Shown here: positions 28,447 through 39,154 of the stretch, one piece after another | Numbering within the stretch: position 1 is the first letter of the stretch | How the letters are laid out: every line of letters starts with the position of its first letter | Source of the DNA: an uncultured cyanobacterium | Lineage (GTDB): Bacteria; Cyanobacteriota; Cyanobacteriia; PCC-9006; JAAUQQ01 | Direction of reading: 5' to 3' | Assembly (NCBI GenBank): GCA_963718615.1 | Contig: OY970368.1 | Coordinates: forward strand, 4,384,001-4,448,000 | Length of the DNA: 64,000 nucleotides | The notes under the pieces: model-generated | The model's input: only the letters and a program-made list of their open reading frames with translations | What the model was told of the DNA's origin: nothing | The model's database searches: none | Position numbers and translations under genes: made by a program

Positions 28447-29926
28447 GGCTGGGCAGTGACGCTTCAAACGCGCCCACATTGCCGACAATCAGTGTGACGA
28501 GCTGGTCCGGCTGGAGATAGGTTTGGGCGGCTTGCTGCACCGCAGCGGCAGTGGCGGCTTCGACGGCGGTGCGGTATTGGAAAATAAAGTCCAAGGGATA
28601 GCCGTAATATTCGTAGCGCATCAACCGCGAGAGGGTTTGGCTAGGTTCCTGGAAGTTAAACACAAAGGAATTGAGCGCTGATTCCTTGGCGTATTTGAGC
28701 TCGTCGTTGGAGATGGGGGTCTGCTGGACTTGGGCGATCTGCTCGCGCAGGCCTTTGATCAGCGGAATCGTGGTCTCGGTGCGAGTTTGGGCTCCAGCCA
28801 CAAAGACCCCAGGATAATCGTACTGCGGACTCCAGTAGGCATAGACCGAGTAGGCCAACCCTTGCCGGGAGCGAATTTCATTGGTGAGGCGACCGCCAAA
28901 GCCATTGAGGACGCCGTTGAGGACCGTGAGGATGGGGTAGTCGCGATCGCTCGCCAATCCCCCCAAATGGCCAAGGCGCACATCGCTCTGGTTCATCTGG
29001 GGCTGATCCACCACGAAGGTTTGGTTCTGATGGGCTTGGCTCACCGCAGGCAAGGGCGGTAGGGGCTGGGTTGTGGGTTTCCAGTCCCCGAGGGTGTCCT
29101 GGATCAGCGCCATCATCTCAGCCGAATTAAAATCCCCGACAATTCCCAGAATCATCCGATTGGGAAAGAGATTGTCCTCATAAAAACCAACCAGATCATC
29201 CCGGTGAATCTGGTCGAGGTTTTCGGCCTCAACGGTGCGTCCGTAGGGGCTCTCTGCCCCGTAGAGCACTTTGTCAAATTCCCGCTCCGCAATATCGCCG
29301 GGGTCGTCATTGCGACGGGCCAAATTGCCCTTGGCCCGAGACAGAGCCAAGTCGACTTGGGCCGGGTCAAAGGCCGGCTGACGGAGAACCTGCACAAATC
29401 GACGAAACACCGGCTCTAGGTCTTCGCTGAGGCTGCTGAACTTGGCCTGACCTGCCGTGGTGCCGATTTGGGTTTCGATGCTGGCGGCTCGGTCTTCCAA
29501 AAATTGATTAAGAATCTCCGGTCGTTCCGAACGGGTGCCGCCGCTGCGCATGAGCTGCCCCGTGAGACTAGCCAACCCCACCTGAGTCGCGGGTTCAAAG
29601 CGGCTGCCGGTGCGAATCAGCGCGCTGCCATCCACCAGGGGCAGCTCATGGTCCTCCATCAGATAAACCGTCAGGCCATTGTCGAGCACCTGACGCTGAT
29701 AGTCCGGCAGCTTGACCTCCGGCAGGGGCGGAAAGACCAAATCCTGATAGGGTTTGGGCGAGGCCACTGAGGGCTGATGGCTGAGCATAAACTGACAGCT
29801 CAGTAAGGCGATCGCCAACCCCAATCCTGTCACCAACCGCCGCAGCCGTCGCGACCAGGGGGATCGTCTGATCGCCAGCGTCAACGAAACTTTCATCGCA
29901 ATTATCCTTTTCAAAGACGAGTTCAA
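28412..29926 (-). CDS. M16 (pitrilysin-family) peptidase, non-catalytic subunit
   Basis: LDNGLTVYLMEDHELP, IRSRQGLAYSV; no HxxEH motif. Confidence 0.88.
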   Translation of the reverse strand: MNSSLKRIIAMKVSLTLAIRRSPWSRRLRRLVTGLGLAIALLSCQFMLSHQPSVASPKPYQDLVFPPLPEVKLPDYQRQVLDNGLTVYLMEDHELPLVDGSALIRTGSRFEPATQVGLASLTGQLMRSGGTRSERPEILNQFLEDRAASIETQIGTTAGQAKFSSLSEDLEPVFRRFVQVLRQPAFDPAQVDLALSRAKGNLARRNDDPGDIAEREFDKVLYGAESPYGRTVEAENLDQIHRDDLVGFYEDNLFPNRMILGIVGDFNSAEMMALIQDTLGDWKPTTQPLPPLPAVSQAHQNQTFVVDQPQMNQSDVRLGHLGGLASDRDYPILTVLNGVLNGFGGRLTNEIRSRQGLAYSVYAYWSPQYDYPGVFVAGAQTRTETTIPLIKGLREQIAQVQQTPISNDELKYAKESALNSFVFNFQEPSQTLSRLMRYEYYGYPLDFIFQYRTAVEAATAAAVQQAAQTYLQPDQLVTLIVGNVGAFEASLPSLNGAPVQRIDL

Positions 29927-30003
29927 AGACGAAGATTCCTTTTAGACCCAGTTAGACCCAATTAGACCCAATTAGACCTAGTTAGACCCCATTTCCCCTT
30001 ACC

Positions 30004-31566
30004 CTAGGAAGCCGCATCCTCCGGCAGCAATCGACCAACCGTGCGGTTTTCAGGCCGTAGCGTCGTCTGGGCAATCCGCTGGAGATCGGCGGGGGTGAGT
30101 TGGGCGATCGCCTCCAAATCCTTCAGCAAATTCTCCCAACTGCCGGTTTTACCTTCGTATTCGGCGAGGACCTGGGCCATGCCCATATTGGAGGTGAGCG
30201 ATCGCAGGACGGAAGCCTTGGTTTTGTTTTTGACCCGCTCTAGTTCCATTGCTTCGACGGGGGTGGTGGCGATCGCCGTCAGTTGCTGATGCAGCGAAGA
30301 CGCCACCTCATCGACCGTGTGGCCTGGAGCGACGAGGGCATAAAACATCATCAAGTTGGGATATTTATCGCCGGGATAGCCCGTAAAGCCTTGGGCTGCG
30401 AGGGCCACCTGTTCTTGCTCGACCATAGTGCGATAAAGCCGCGAGGTGCGGCCACTGCTGAGAATATCCCCCAAAACCGAGTAGGCAACCCCATCGGGGG
30501 CACTGGCAGCGGGAATATGGTAAGCCTCCATATACCAAGGCTGGGTCTTGGCCCGGAGCTCAATCTGACGCTCGGCAGTTTGGGGAGGCTCGGGTGCAAT
30601 CTGGCTTTGTACGGCCTTGGCTCGGGATTGATAGCGCCCAAAATAACTTTGGGCCAGTTGTTGAACCTGTTTCGGATCGACATCACCCACGATCGCCACG
30701 GTCAAATGACTCGGACCATAATGCGCATCAAAAAAAGTTTGTACATCCTGGCGGGTCAAGCCTTGCAAATCGGCCACATGACCAATAATCGGTTGACCAT
30801 AGGGATGCACCTCAAAGGCCTTGGCCTTGAGGGCTTCAAATAGCTGACTCACCGGGTCATTGTCAAACCGCATCCGGCGTTCTTCGAGGATGACCTCTTT
30901 TTCCTCATAGAACTCGCGGAAAACCGGGTGCAAAAAGCGTTCTGACTCCAGCGACATCCAGAGTTCGAGCTTATTGGCAGGCAAGCTGTAGAAATAGGTG
31001 GTTGAATCCGCCGAGGTCGCGGCATTGAGGCCGACGCCCCCTTCTCGCTCGATGACTTGGCCAAGTTCATTCTGTTGAACATACTGACTGGCCTCGGTTT
31101 TGAGGGCTTCAAACTGACCCTTGAGTTGGTCGAGGGTTGACGTTTGGCCTAGGGGGGCGAGGCGCTTAATTTGCTCGAAGGTGCGATCGAGTTTGCGCAA
31201 CACCGCCTGTTCTTTGCCAAAATCCTTCGTGCCAATCACCGGGGTACCCTTGAACGCCAAATGCTCTAGGTAATGGGCCACACCGGTTTTGCCCACGGGT
31301 TCATCGGTGCCGCCCACATTGGCGTAGGTCACAAAGGAAATGACCGGAGCCTCGTGCCGTTCGAGGATCACAAACCGCATGCCATTGTCGAGCTGAAATT
31401 CACTGACCTCGTTGCGTAGGCGATCGAGATAGGGTTGTAGGGCCTGGATAGAATTGGCAGTGCTTGGTCCAGGAAACCCAACCAGGCCTATGGCCAGGAG
31501 CGCGAAACCAAGGGTCAGGCTCAGGAGTTGCTGAGAAAGCCGCTGTAAAAACGGACGCATTAGCAA
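30004..31566 (-). CDS. M16 zinc peptidase, catalytic subunit
   Basis: GVAHYLEHLAFKGT, NAATS, EEKEVILEERR. Confidence 0.92.
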   Translation of the reverse strand: MLMRPFLQRLSQQLLSLTLGFALLAIGLVGFPGPSTANSIQALQPYLDRLRNEVSEFQLDNGMRFVILERHEAPVISFVTYANVGGTDEPVGKTGVAHYLEHLAFKGTPVIGTKDFGKEQAVLRKLDRTFEQIKRLAPLGQTSTLDQLKGQFEALKTEASQYVQQNELGQVIEREGGVGLNAATSADSTTYFYSLPANKLELWMSLESERFLHPVFREFYEEKEVILEERRMRFDNDPVSQLFEALKAKAFEVHPYGQPIIGHVADLQGLTRQDVQTFFDAHYGPSHLTVAIVGDVDPKQVQQLAQSYFGRYQSRAKAVQSQIAPEPPQTAERQIELRAKTQPWYMEAYHIPAASAPDGVAYSVLGDILSSGRTSRLYRTMVEQEQVALAAQGFTGYPGDKYPNLMMFYALVAPGHTVDEVASSLHQQLTAIATTPVEAMELERVKNKTKASVLRSLTSNMGMAQVLAEYEGKTGSWENLLKDLEAIAQLTPADLQRIAQTTLRPENRTVGRLLPEDAAS

Positions 31567-31619
31567 TATTTTTTAATCAAAGCACTCCCCATTCTAAACT
31601 GCCCAATTTCAGAACGGCC

Positions 31620-32015
31620 TTACTTCAGACTTTCCAAATAGGCCAGCAAATCAGCCATGACCTCAGGGCTAGGCTGAAACTTTGGCATGGGAGGCGTTGC
31701 GCCGCTGATCACCTGGTGGATGATGCCGATACGAGACTTGCGATCGGACACCGACTTAAGACTGGGACCGACAATGCCGCTCCCCTCTGCCCCATGGCAA
31801 GCAGCGCAATTAATTTTAAAAATTTCGTGACCCTGGTGAACATCTCCAGAAATCGCCATCACCTGCTGAATGTAGGGGTCTCGCATTTGGAAGGCATGGA
31901 ACCCCAAAACGCTCACTACAATTACCACCCCGATCGCTAAAACGGTGAGCACCATCTGCAGCCAGGGCAGTTCAGCGTCGATATCGGTCTTGGGAACGGG
32001 ATTAACCAACGGCAA
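31620..32015 (-). CDS. cytM: Cytochrome c (CytM type)
   Basis: TM anchor, DPYIQQV, CAACHG, TPPMPKF; divergent from petG. Confidence 0.85.
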   Translation of the reverse strand: MPLVNPVPKTDIDAELPWLQMVLTVLAIGVVIVVSVLGFHAFQMRDPYIQQVMAISGDVHQGHEIFKINCAACHGAEGSGIVGPSLKSVSDRKSRIGIIHQVISGATPPMPKFQPSPEVMADLLAYLESLK

Positions 32016-32260
32016 GGGCTGAGCTCATGAAATGCATTACATATCTTTACTTTTAACGATCCCCTTTCAATTCATCAAGGGGCAATTCCCGAGTTTAAGG
32101 ATTTCCTCAGGTTTTCTCTCTGTCCAAGGTGAGCGCAGCCTAGCATTTTCACGTCCGTCCTTTCCCTGGAATCGAACGGCTTGTCCGGAGTTCTGGCAAC
32201 CGCTAGACTGAGGGAACGTTAACATTGCTCTTTATTTCTTTTTGTTACGGGAGACCCACG

Positions 32261-32374
32261 ATGATTGAACCATTGCTCTGTGGCATTGTGCTTGGCCTAA
32301 TTCCCATTACCCTCGCAGGTCTATTCGTGGCTGCGTATCTGCAATATCGTCGGGGCAACCAACTGGGCATTTAG
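32261..32374 (+). CDS. petG: Cytochrome b6f subunit 5 (not in the ORF track)
   Basis: [44 protein letters not shown]. Confidence 0.95.
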   Translation: MIEPLLCGIVLGLIPITLAGLFVAAYLQYRRGNQLGI

Positions 32375-32934
32375 TCTGGTTCCGCCCAGTGACCTTCAGC
32401 CCAGTGACAGAGGGTGAGTTGACTGCTGCCGTAGGTTTTGGAGCGATCGCTCACTAGCCCCTTCGGCAGGACTAAAGCATATCCTGGGTGATGTTCCACC
32501 GCCAAACAGCCTTCGGGCGCAAGGAGCCGGTGCTGGGCGATCGCCGCCAAAACCGGCTCATAGAGATTTCCCTGATAGGGTGGGTCAAAATAAATTCGGT
32601 CAAACTGCTCTCCGGCGAGCTGGGGTAAACGCTTCACAATATTGCCCCGCATCAGCCGCACCGTTTGCTCGGGTTTGACCACTTTCTGCCAGTTTTCTTC
32701 GATCACCCGCAGCGCCGCTGGGGCTTGCTCGATGCCGACCACCAGGCTAGCACCTCGGCAGAGGGCCTCTGCCCCCATGGCCCCACTCCCAGCGCAAAGA
32801 TCCAGCCATCGACAGCCTTCGATTTCTCCCTGCCACATATTAAACAGTGCTTCCCGCACCCGACCGAGGGTAGGCCGGGACAGTTGACCAGGAGGGGTTT
32901 TGAGCAGGCGGTTGCCATAGATCCGGAGGGCCAT
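32371..32934 (-). CDS. rsmD: 16S rRNA m2G966 methyltransferase
   Basis: [24 protein letters not shown]. Confidence 0.92.
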   Translation of the reverse strand: MALRIYGNRLLKTPPGQLSRPTLGRVREALFNMWQGEIEGCRWLDLCAGSGAMGAEALCRGASLVVGIEQAPAALRVIEENWQKVVKPEQTVRLMRGNIVKRLPQLAGEQFDRIYFDPPYQGNLYEPVLAAIAQHRLLAPEGCLAVEHHPGYALVLPKGLVSDRSKTYGSSQLTLCHWAEGHWAEPD

Positions 32935-32938
32935 GGCG

Positions 32939-33625
32939 TTAGCGGGCCGCAACCGTAGCAGACTGAACTGGAGCGGTTGGCTGGGCGGCGATCGCCACAA
33001 AATTCGCCAGAATTTGCAACCCAGCCTGGGAGGATTTTTCCGGGTGAAACTGAGTGGCCATTAGATTCTGCTGAGCGATGGCAGCGGTTACGGTTTGGCT
33101 TCCGTGGGTCACTGTCGCCGCATTGACAGCCCCATCCTTGGGCTCCACGTAGAACGAATGGACAAAATACATCCAGGGCTCCGCCGGTAGCGCCCCCCAG
33201 AGGGCACAATCTGGCTGGGTCAGCGTCAAGGGATTCCAGCCCATGTGGGGAATCGTCAGCCCCGGCTCCGAGCGAAACCGGCGCACCCAACCAGGCACAA
33301 TCCCCAGACCGGGCTCTTTTCCTTCTTCACTGCCATCGAATAAAATTTGCATTCCCAGACAAATTCCTAAGAAAGGTTTGCCCATCCTGGCAATGTGGCG
33401 CAGGGGTTCGATGAGTTGGCGATCGCGCAAATGCTGAATCGCCGGGTCAAACGCCCCTACCCCCGGCAGCACCACCCCATCGGCCTGGGCCAACACCGCT
33501 GGATCATCGGTGATTTGGGTTTGGGCTCCCGCCATTTCTAGGCCCTTACAGGCGGAGTGGAGATTGCCCATGTCATAGTCGACCACAGCGATGGTAGGGA
33601 TTGGGTCGGGAGAGTGAGTCTTCAC
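32939..33625 (-). CDS. hisH: Imidazole glycerol phosphate synthase, glutaminase subunit
   Basis: DYDMGNL, LPGVGAF, GICLGMQ, PHMGWN, QFHPEKS. Confidence 0.96.
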   Translation of the reverse strand: MKTHSPDPIPTIAVVDYDMGNLHSACKGLEMAGAQTQITDDPAVLAQADGVVLPGVGAFDPAIQHLRDRQLIEPLRHIARMGKPFLGICLGMQILFDGSEEGKEPGLGIVPGWVRRFRSEPGLTIPHMGWNPLTLTQPDCALWGALPAEPWMYFVHSFYVEPKDGAVNAATVTHGSQTVTAAIAQQNLMATQFHPEKSSQAGLQILANFVAIAAQPTAPVQSATVAAR

Positions 33626-34311
33626 GAATGGCTTGCTCCAGGAAATCGCTCAGCGGCAGGGGCAATCCAGCGCTAGCCCGATCGTCCCCTTATCAATTTA
33701 TCTCGCCCGTGGGAATAATAAGAGCACCTGAACCCAAGATCCTCATCACCGCCTTTGCAACCTGGTTGCCCCATCAGCGCTCAAATGCGTCCGATGAGCT
33801 GCTGCGGTTGCTCCAGGCCCAAGCCTCCCTGCCGCCTACCTGCCAATTGCTTCATCCGCTGCCGGTTTGTGTTGAAACTGCCTATCAGCAGATTCAAGAC
33901 CGGCTTGAAGATCGGCTTGCAGATCGGCCCGAGCACCGGCCCTTTGACTTTGTCATTTGCTGTGGGATGGCGGAATCTCGCGATCGCCTCACCCTAGAGG
34001 CCCAAGCGGTTATCGATGGGGTAGCCTATTGGACCCCGATCTCCCTGATACAGCTATTGACCCCGAGAAAACCATTTCAGTGTATGGAAGTGAGTCTCGA
34101 TGCAGGACAATTTGTCTGTAACGGTCTTTACTTCCGTCTACTGAAGCAGTTTTGGCAAAGTTCCTTCGAGAACAAGGTGAAGGGACTTGCTAGTACAGTA
34201 CGGACAAGGCCCGCGCCGCTATTTGTCCATGTACCCCCTCTGACGTTGGAAAATATACCGGTAGTCCTCCAGGACTTTCGGCTGCTGCTCCAGCGTCTGC
34301 TCGATGGATAG
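33601..34311 (+). CDS. Pyroglutamyl-peptidase I family (C15), start uncertain
   Basis: ILITAF, ICCGMAE, DAGQFVCN, FVHVP. Confidence 0.8.
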   Translation: MGRESESSRMACSRKSLSGRGNPALARSSPYQFISPVGIIRAPEPKILITAFATWLPHQRSNASDELLRLLQAQASLPPTCQLLHPLPVCVETAYQQIQDRLEDRLADRPEHRPFDFVICCGMAESRDRLTLEAQAVIDGVAYWTPISLIQLLTPRKPFQCMEVSLDAGQFVCNGLYFRLLKQFWQSSFENKVKGLASTVRTRPAPLFVHVPPLTLENIPVVLQDFRLLLQRLLDG

Positions 34312-34455
34312 GCCTGATTTGCCATGATCCACTGGATTCACTGGATTCACCAGATTCGCAGTGATGATTCAGAGATTTATGGGCTGTGCTGTAGGAATTG
34401 GGTCTGCTGCTTCGATGTTTTTCTTCCCTGTTCTCAGCGGTGACTATTGCTTGTT

Positions 34456-35907
34456 ATGAAGTTTGCATTCTTTGCCTTGTTCATCCTGACGCCGTTTTTC
34501 GGTACAACCGCCTGGGCCAAACCGACAGCGGTCCCGAATCCTGGTCCTGTGGCGGTGACGCGATCGCCGGGCCAAATTTTGGTTAACCAAGAGGTGCGAC
34601 CCTTACCGGGCTCCTTGGATGCGGTGCCGGTTTTTAATAGCAATAATCCAGAGATTATCCAGGGAGAAGGGATTTTGCTCTCGACCTTCCCCTCCCAAGG
34701 GCGACGCTATCCCCAGGCCCACCTCAACTACCCCTTTGAGGGGCGGTTTGATATCTTTACCCACCACATTACCCAGGCCAAGACTGCGGCCCAAACGCGC
34801 ACTCTATTTCAGGGGATGTTGCTGCATAATCCCGGCGACAAAACCATTCGGATCGAGGTCCTTGAAGCCTCCACCTATCTGACTCGGCCCGATGCCCTCT
34901 ATGTGCCCCTGGCTCCCTATATCGAAGATCCCATCGGTCGGGTTTATTCCGGTCCCGGCAGTCGCCTCGTCAGCGATATTTTGCGGGGGCGTCGCCAAGG
35001 CATCTGGCCTTCGGTGATTCGCATTCCGCCGAAGCAAAGCATGATGCTGATGAATCTGCCCATTCCGGTCGGCAAGGTAACCCCCTCCTCCAATGGCCGC
35101 TCGACCCTCGCGCGACTCTGGAGCAGCGGTCCGGTGTATCTGGCGAATATGGCACTTCAGGCTCCCCTGGATGCCCAAGGACGAGAACGAACACCGACCC
35201 TAGAGGACTGGGAATCCCTGGCGATGAACGGAAATCTAGTCCAGCCCCGCGACCATACGGCCAGCCCACCGGGAACGCCGCCGGAGGATATTATTTTTAG
35301 CCGAGTTTCGGGCGTGGCGAAGGGCTCCCGCTGGCGGGCGCGGATCACGGACACGCCGGACAGTAGCTACCTGACGATTCCTGAAGAAGGTAAGGCCTTT
35401 TCCTACGGGTTTAGCCTGTTGCCCAAGGGGACGCTGGGTACTGGCCAAGTCCAGAGCGCACCCCTGCTGGCCCGCTATCCCGACTCCGCCTATATGGCCC
35501 ATGGCAATTACGGCATTGAGTACAACATGCTTTTACCCCTGGGCAACCCGCGTAATCGGCCTCAAACCATTGGCATTGCCATTGAGACGCCTGTAAAAAC
35601 CGATGAGGGAGGTGGCCTGTGGTTTATGGATCCGCCGCCCGATCGCGTGTTTTATCGAGGGACTGTACGGCTGCGGTATGTGGATGATCGCGATCGCCTC
35701 CAAACCCGCTATGTCCATTTGGTCCAGCACCGGGGCGAACAGGGTCAACCCTTGATCTTTGTGACGCTCAAACCCGGCGAACGCCGCAGTGTCCGGCTCG
35801 ATTTTCTCTACCCTCCAGATGCGACGCCCCCGCAAGTACTGACGGTCAAAACGGTCGATCCAACGACCGCCCAACGGCAACCGGCGATTCTTGGCGAACG
35901 GCCCTAA
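34456..35907 (+). CDS. DUF3370-domain exported protein
   Basis: Signal peptide; PVFNSNNPE, AHGNYGIEY and YPPDATPPQVLT motifs. Confidence 0.85.
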   Translation: MKFAFFALFILTPFFGTTAWAKPTAVPNPGPVAVTRSPGQILVNQEVRPLPGSLDAVPVFNSNNPEIIQGEGILLSTFPSQGRRYPQAHLNYPFEGRFDIFTHHITQAKTAAQTRTLFQGMLLHNPGDKTIRIEVLEASTYLTRPDALYVPLAPYIEDPIGRVYSGPGSRLVSDILRGRRQGIWPSVIRIPPKQSMMLMNLPIPVGKVTPSSNGRSTLARLWSSGPVYLANMALQAPLDAQGRERTPTLEDWESLAMNGNLVQPRDHTASPPGTPPEDIIFSRVSGVAKGSRWRARITDTPDSSYLTIPEEGKAFSYGFSLLPKGTLGTGQVQSAPLLARYPDSAYMAHGNYGIEYNMLLPLGNPRNRPQTIGIAIETPVKTDEGGGLWFMDPPPDRVFYRGTVRLRYVDDRDRLQTRYVHLVQHRGEQGQPLIFVTLKPGERRSVRLDFLYPPDATPPQVLTVKTVDPTTAQRQPAILGERP

Positions 35908-36042
35908 TGCGAATGGCCTGGATGGGTCTTGGCGCGATAGTCTGGATCCCAGGCTATCGAGTAGCCGTGATCGGGGCCGACTGTTTGGGTTGCGCCCGTG
36001 CCGCTTTAAGATGAAGTTGGCCCTCCTCCGCTCAGTGTCCCT

Positions 36043-37815
36043 ATGAAATCTCGCTTTCGTACGCTGCTGATTGCCACCGTTTTGGTCCTGCTGCTGTCCG
36101 GTCTTGGGAGTTTCCTCTGGATTGGGTTGCAGAGCCCACTGACGCTGCTAACCCAGGGGGGAAAATCAGTGCCCACGACGGCGATGTTTGTCCCCCGCCG
36201 TGCCCCTTTGGCGGCCTCGTTGCTGGTCAATCCCAATCGTCTTGTGACGCTGCGGCAGCTCTTAACGGCTCCAGGCCAGCGGCGGCAGTCCCGCGCGGAG
36301 ATGAAGAAGATCCAGGATGGATTACTGGCGTCGGTGGATTTGGAATATGAGCGAGATATCCGGCCCTGGCTGGGGGATGAAGCGACGCTAGCAGTAACGA
36401 CGCTGGATATGGACCGAGACCCGACCAACGGTCAACAGCCAGGGTATTTGCTCGCTCTGGCGACGAAGGATTCAAAACGGGCGCGGCAGTTTTTGCAAGT
36501 CTATTGGCAGCGTCGGGCGGCGGATGGTACAGACCTTCATTACGAACAGGTGCAGGGGGTCAAGCTGATCTATGGCGATGCGGCCAAGGCTGCGCCTGAG
36601 GCGATCGCCCCTGAAACCCATCCTGACCCAACCGACCCTCAAACCATTGCCAGTGCCTTGGTGGGCGATCGCTACCTCCTCTTCGCCAATGCCCCCAAAG
36701 TTCTGCGGGATGCGGTCAACAATGTCCAGGTCCCAGAACTCAATTTGGCCAATGCTCCCCAATATCGCCGCAGCCTTGAAGTTTTAACGGCCCCTAGAGT
36801 TGCCTTTCTCTATGCCAATCTCAACGCCCTTGGGGGCTGGCTCGAAAATCAAGGCTTGACGATTAATAAAACCGCCCGCGATGGGGTCGTCACCTCAGGA
36901 CTGTATCAAGGGCTCGCCCTAGGATTGGGCATTACGCCCCAGGGTCTCCTCGCGGATACGGCGCTCTTAGAAGCGGTCCCCGTTGCCTCGGAGGCCGTCT
37001 TGGCGGCGACGGAGACCAGTCCGTCCGGTGGCCACAAACCCGAGCAATTGCTCAACTATTTACCCAAAAACAGCATTGCCGTTGCCTCCAGCAGTCACCT
37101 CGACCAGCTATGGGCCAAGGCACAGGGGGTGCTGCAAGCCTATCCGGCGATGAATACCCTGGTGGATCGCACCTTTGACCGGATTCAGGACGACTGGAGC
37201 CTTGACATTACTCAAGAAATTTTTCCCTGGGTGAAGGGTGAATATGCCCTCGCGCCCATCGAGCGGCCCCAGGGTCTGGACTGGATTTTTGTGGTCGATC
37301 GCACCTCTCCCGAAGCCCAGGCAGGCATTGCCCACCTCGACGACCTTGCCCGTGACCAAGGCTATAGCATTGGGGGCTTGACCCTAGCGGACCGGGAAGT
37401 CACCGCCTGGACTCAGCTCAAGCCGGAAGGTCAGCAAGCCTCGGCGGCTAATGCAATTCGGGCCTTAGTGCGCGGTGTACATGCTTCCATCGATCGCTAC
37501 GAGCTCTTTTCCACGTCACTGGATGCCATGGAGGCGGTGCTGCAAGCTTCGGAAAATACGGCCCTGGTGGACAATCGCAGTTTCAAACAGGCGATCGCCC
37601 CCCTCCCCGCAGAAAACCAAGGCTATTTCTATCTCGACTGGCACAACAATCAAACCTTGCTCCGTCAAGATCTGCCCCTGGTGCGCATTTTGGAATTGAC
37701 GGCTCAGCCCCTGTTCCAGCATCTCAAGGCGATTTCGTTGAGTGGCTATGAGAACGGTTCGACGGCAGGAATCCAGCGGGCGGCGATCGCCCTTCAACTG
37801 GGCCAAACCCCCTAG
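36043..37815 (+). CDS. DUF3352-domain protein
   Basis: N-terminal TM helix, DIRPWLGDEATLAVT, WVKGEYAL. Confidence 0.8.
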   Translation: MKSRFRTLLIATVLVLLLSGLGSFLWIGLQSPLTLLTQGGKSVPTTAMFVPRRAPLAASLLVNPNRLVTLRQLLTAPGQRRQSRAEMKKIQDGLLASVDLEYERDIRPWLGDEATLAVTTLDMDRDPTNGQQPGYLLALATKDSKRARQFLQVYWQRRAADGTDLHYEQVQGVKLIYGDAAKAAPEAIAPETHPDPTDPQTIASALVGDRYLLFANAPKVLRDAVNNVQVPELNLANAPQYRRSLEVLTAPRVAFLYANLNALGGWLENQGLTINKTARDGVVTSGLYQGLALGLGITPQGLLADTALLEAVPVASEAVLAATETSPSGGHKPEQLLNYLPKNSIAVASSSHLDQLWAKAQGVLQAYPAMNTLVDRTFDRIQDDWSLDITQEIFPWVKGEYALAPIERPQGLDWIFVVDRTSPEAQAGIAHLDDLARDQGYSIGGLTLADREVTAWTQLKPEGQQASAANAIRALVRGVHASIDRYELFSTSLDAMEAVLQASENTALVDNRSFKQAIAPLPAENQGYFYLDWHNNQTLLRQDLPLVRILELTAQPLFQHLKAISLSGYENGSTAGIQRAAIALQLGQTP

Positions 37816-37996
37816 GGGCGAACCAAAACGGCTACGAACGAAGCTTTAAGGATTGAGCATCGGTTCTCAACCTGAATTTGTGCACCCTGGGAGAGGGACG
37901 CCTAGCCATTAGGCCGATATCCTAGAGTTAGACCGTTTCAGCGTTTTGTACGGTGTTTTTTACAGTGTTTTGTACTGGGAATCCTAAGCTGGCACT

Positions 37997-39154
37997 ATGA
38001 CCCATGGCACTTTGGATGCAAAGGCCTCGCCCAATGAATTTATTCCAGGCTCTCTCTCCGCAGCACTCGACCAAGTGCTAGACCGGCATCGGGGAGAGCG
38101 TTTCCTGATTGTGATGCAGGATTTTCCGGACCCTGACGCCCTATCTTCCGGCTGGGCGTTTAAACTGATTGCCCAGCGGTACCGTATCGACTGTGATTTA
38201 GTCTATGCCGGAACCCTGAGCCATCAGGAGAATATCGCGCTCGTGAAATTGACCAATCTGCCTGCCCAGCGCTGGACATTGCAAGCATTTCGCGACAAGG
38301 ATATTTCGATTTATTCGGGCTGTGTTTTTATCGATAGCCAAGGGGCGACGAGTCAGTTGACGCCGCTGATCTTGAAAGCCGAGCTGCCGATTGTGGCGAT
38401 GATTGACCATCACAACGGTCACACGGAGCTACCGGTCGAATTTCTTGATCTGCGGCCTCATATCCGGGCGACGGCGGCGATCGTGACGCAGTATATTCAA
38501 GCGGGATTACTGGACTTTGATCCGGATTCGGCGCAGCACGCTCGCTGTGCCACGGCGCTGATGCATGGGTTGCGATCGGATACGCAAAATCTCCAGCAGG
38601 CTCGTGAGGAGGAGTTTTTGGCGGCAGCTTATCTGAGCCGGTTTTATGATGCGCCGTTGTTGAGTGCGGTGTTGCGATCGTCTCGGTCGAAGCGGGTGAT
38701 GGATGTGATTGAGCGGGCACTGCGTCATCGGGTGGTGCAAAACAGTTTTTCGGTAGCGGGTGTGGAGTATTTGCGCTACGAAGACCGGGATGCAATTCCC
38801 CAGGCGGCGGATTTTCTCATCACTGAGGAAAATGTCCATACGGCGCTGGTCTATGGCATTGTCCACGACGAAGATGAAGATCTAGAGCTGGTGGTGGGTT
38901 CATTGCGCACCAACAAAATTACGCTGGATCCCGATGAGTTTATTAAGGAAGCCTTTGGCCGAGATGCCCAAGGGCGGTTTTTTGGCGGGGGACGAGCCCA
39001 GGCGGGTGGGTTTGAAATTCCGGTGGGGTTTCTTTCGGGCGGCAATGAGCAATCAGACTATGCTCGGCTGAAGTGGCAAGCCTTTGATACCCGCATTAAG
39101 CAAAAGCTTCAGGAGTTGGTGAATCCGCTGGATGACCCGTTGCGATCGCGCTAA
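37997..39154 (+). CDS. DHH-family phosphoesterase
   Basis: DFPDPDA, IDHH, GLRSDT, GGGR. Confidence 0.88.
   Translation: MTHGTLDAKASPNEFIPGSLSAALDQVLDRHRGERFLIVMQDFPDPDALSSGWAFKLIAQRYRIDCDLVYAGTLSHQENIALVKLTNLPAQRWTLQAFRDKDISIYSGCVFIDSQGATSQLTPLILKAELPIVAMIDHHNGHTELPVEFLDLRPHIRATAAIVTQYIQAGLLDFDPDSAQHARCATALMHGLRSDTQNLQQAREEEFLAAAYLSRFYDAPLLSAVLRSSRSKRVMDVIERALRHRVVQNSFSVAGVEYLRYEDRDAIPQAADFLITEENVHTALVYGIVHDEDEDLELVVGSLRTNKITLDPDEFIKEAFGRDAQGRFFGGGRAQAGGFEIPVGFLSGGNEQSDYARLKWQAFDTRIKQKLQELVNPLDDPLRSR

Noticed and set aside
28412-31566. M16 peptidase pair as the NHLP-processing protease
   Set aside because: About 15 kb away and a common cyanobacterial gene pair; the sequence shows no link.
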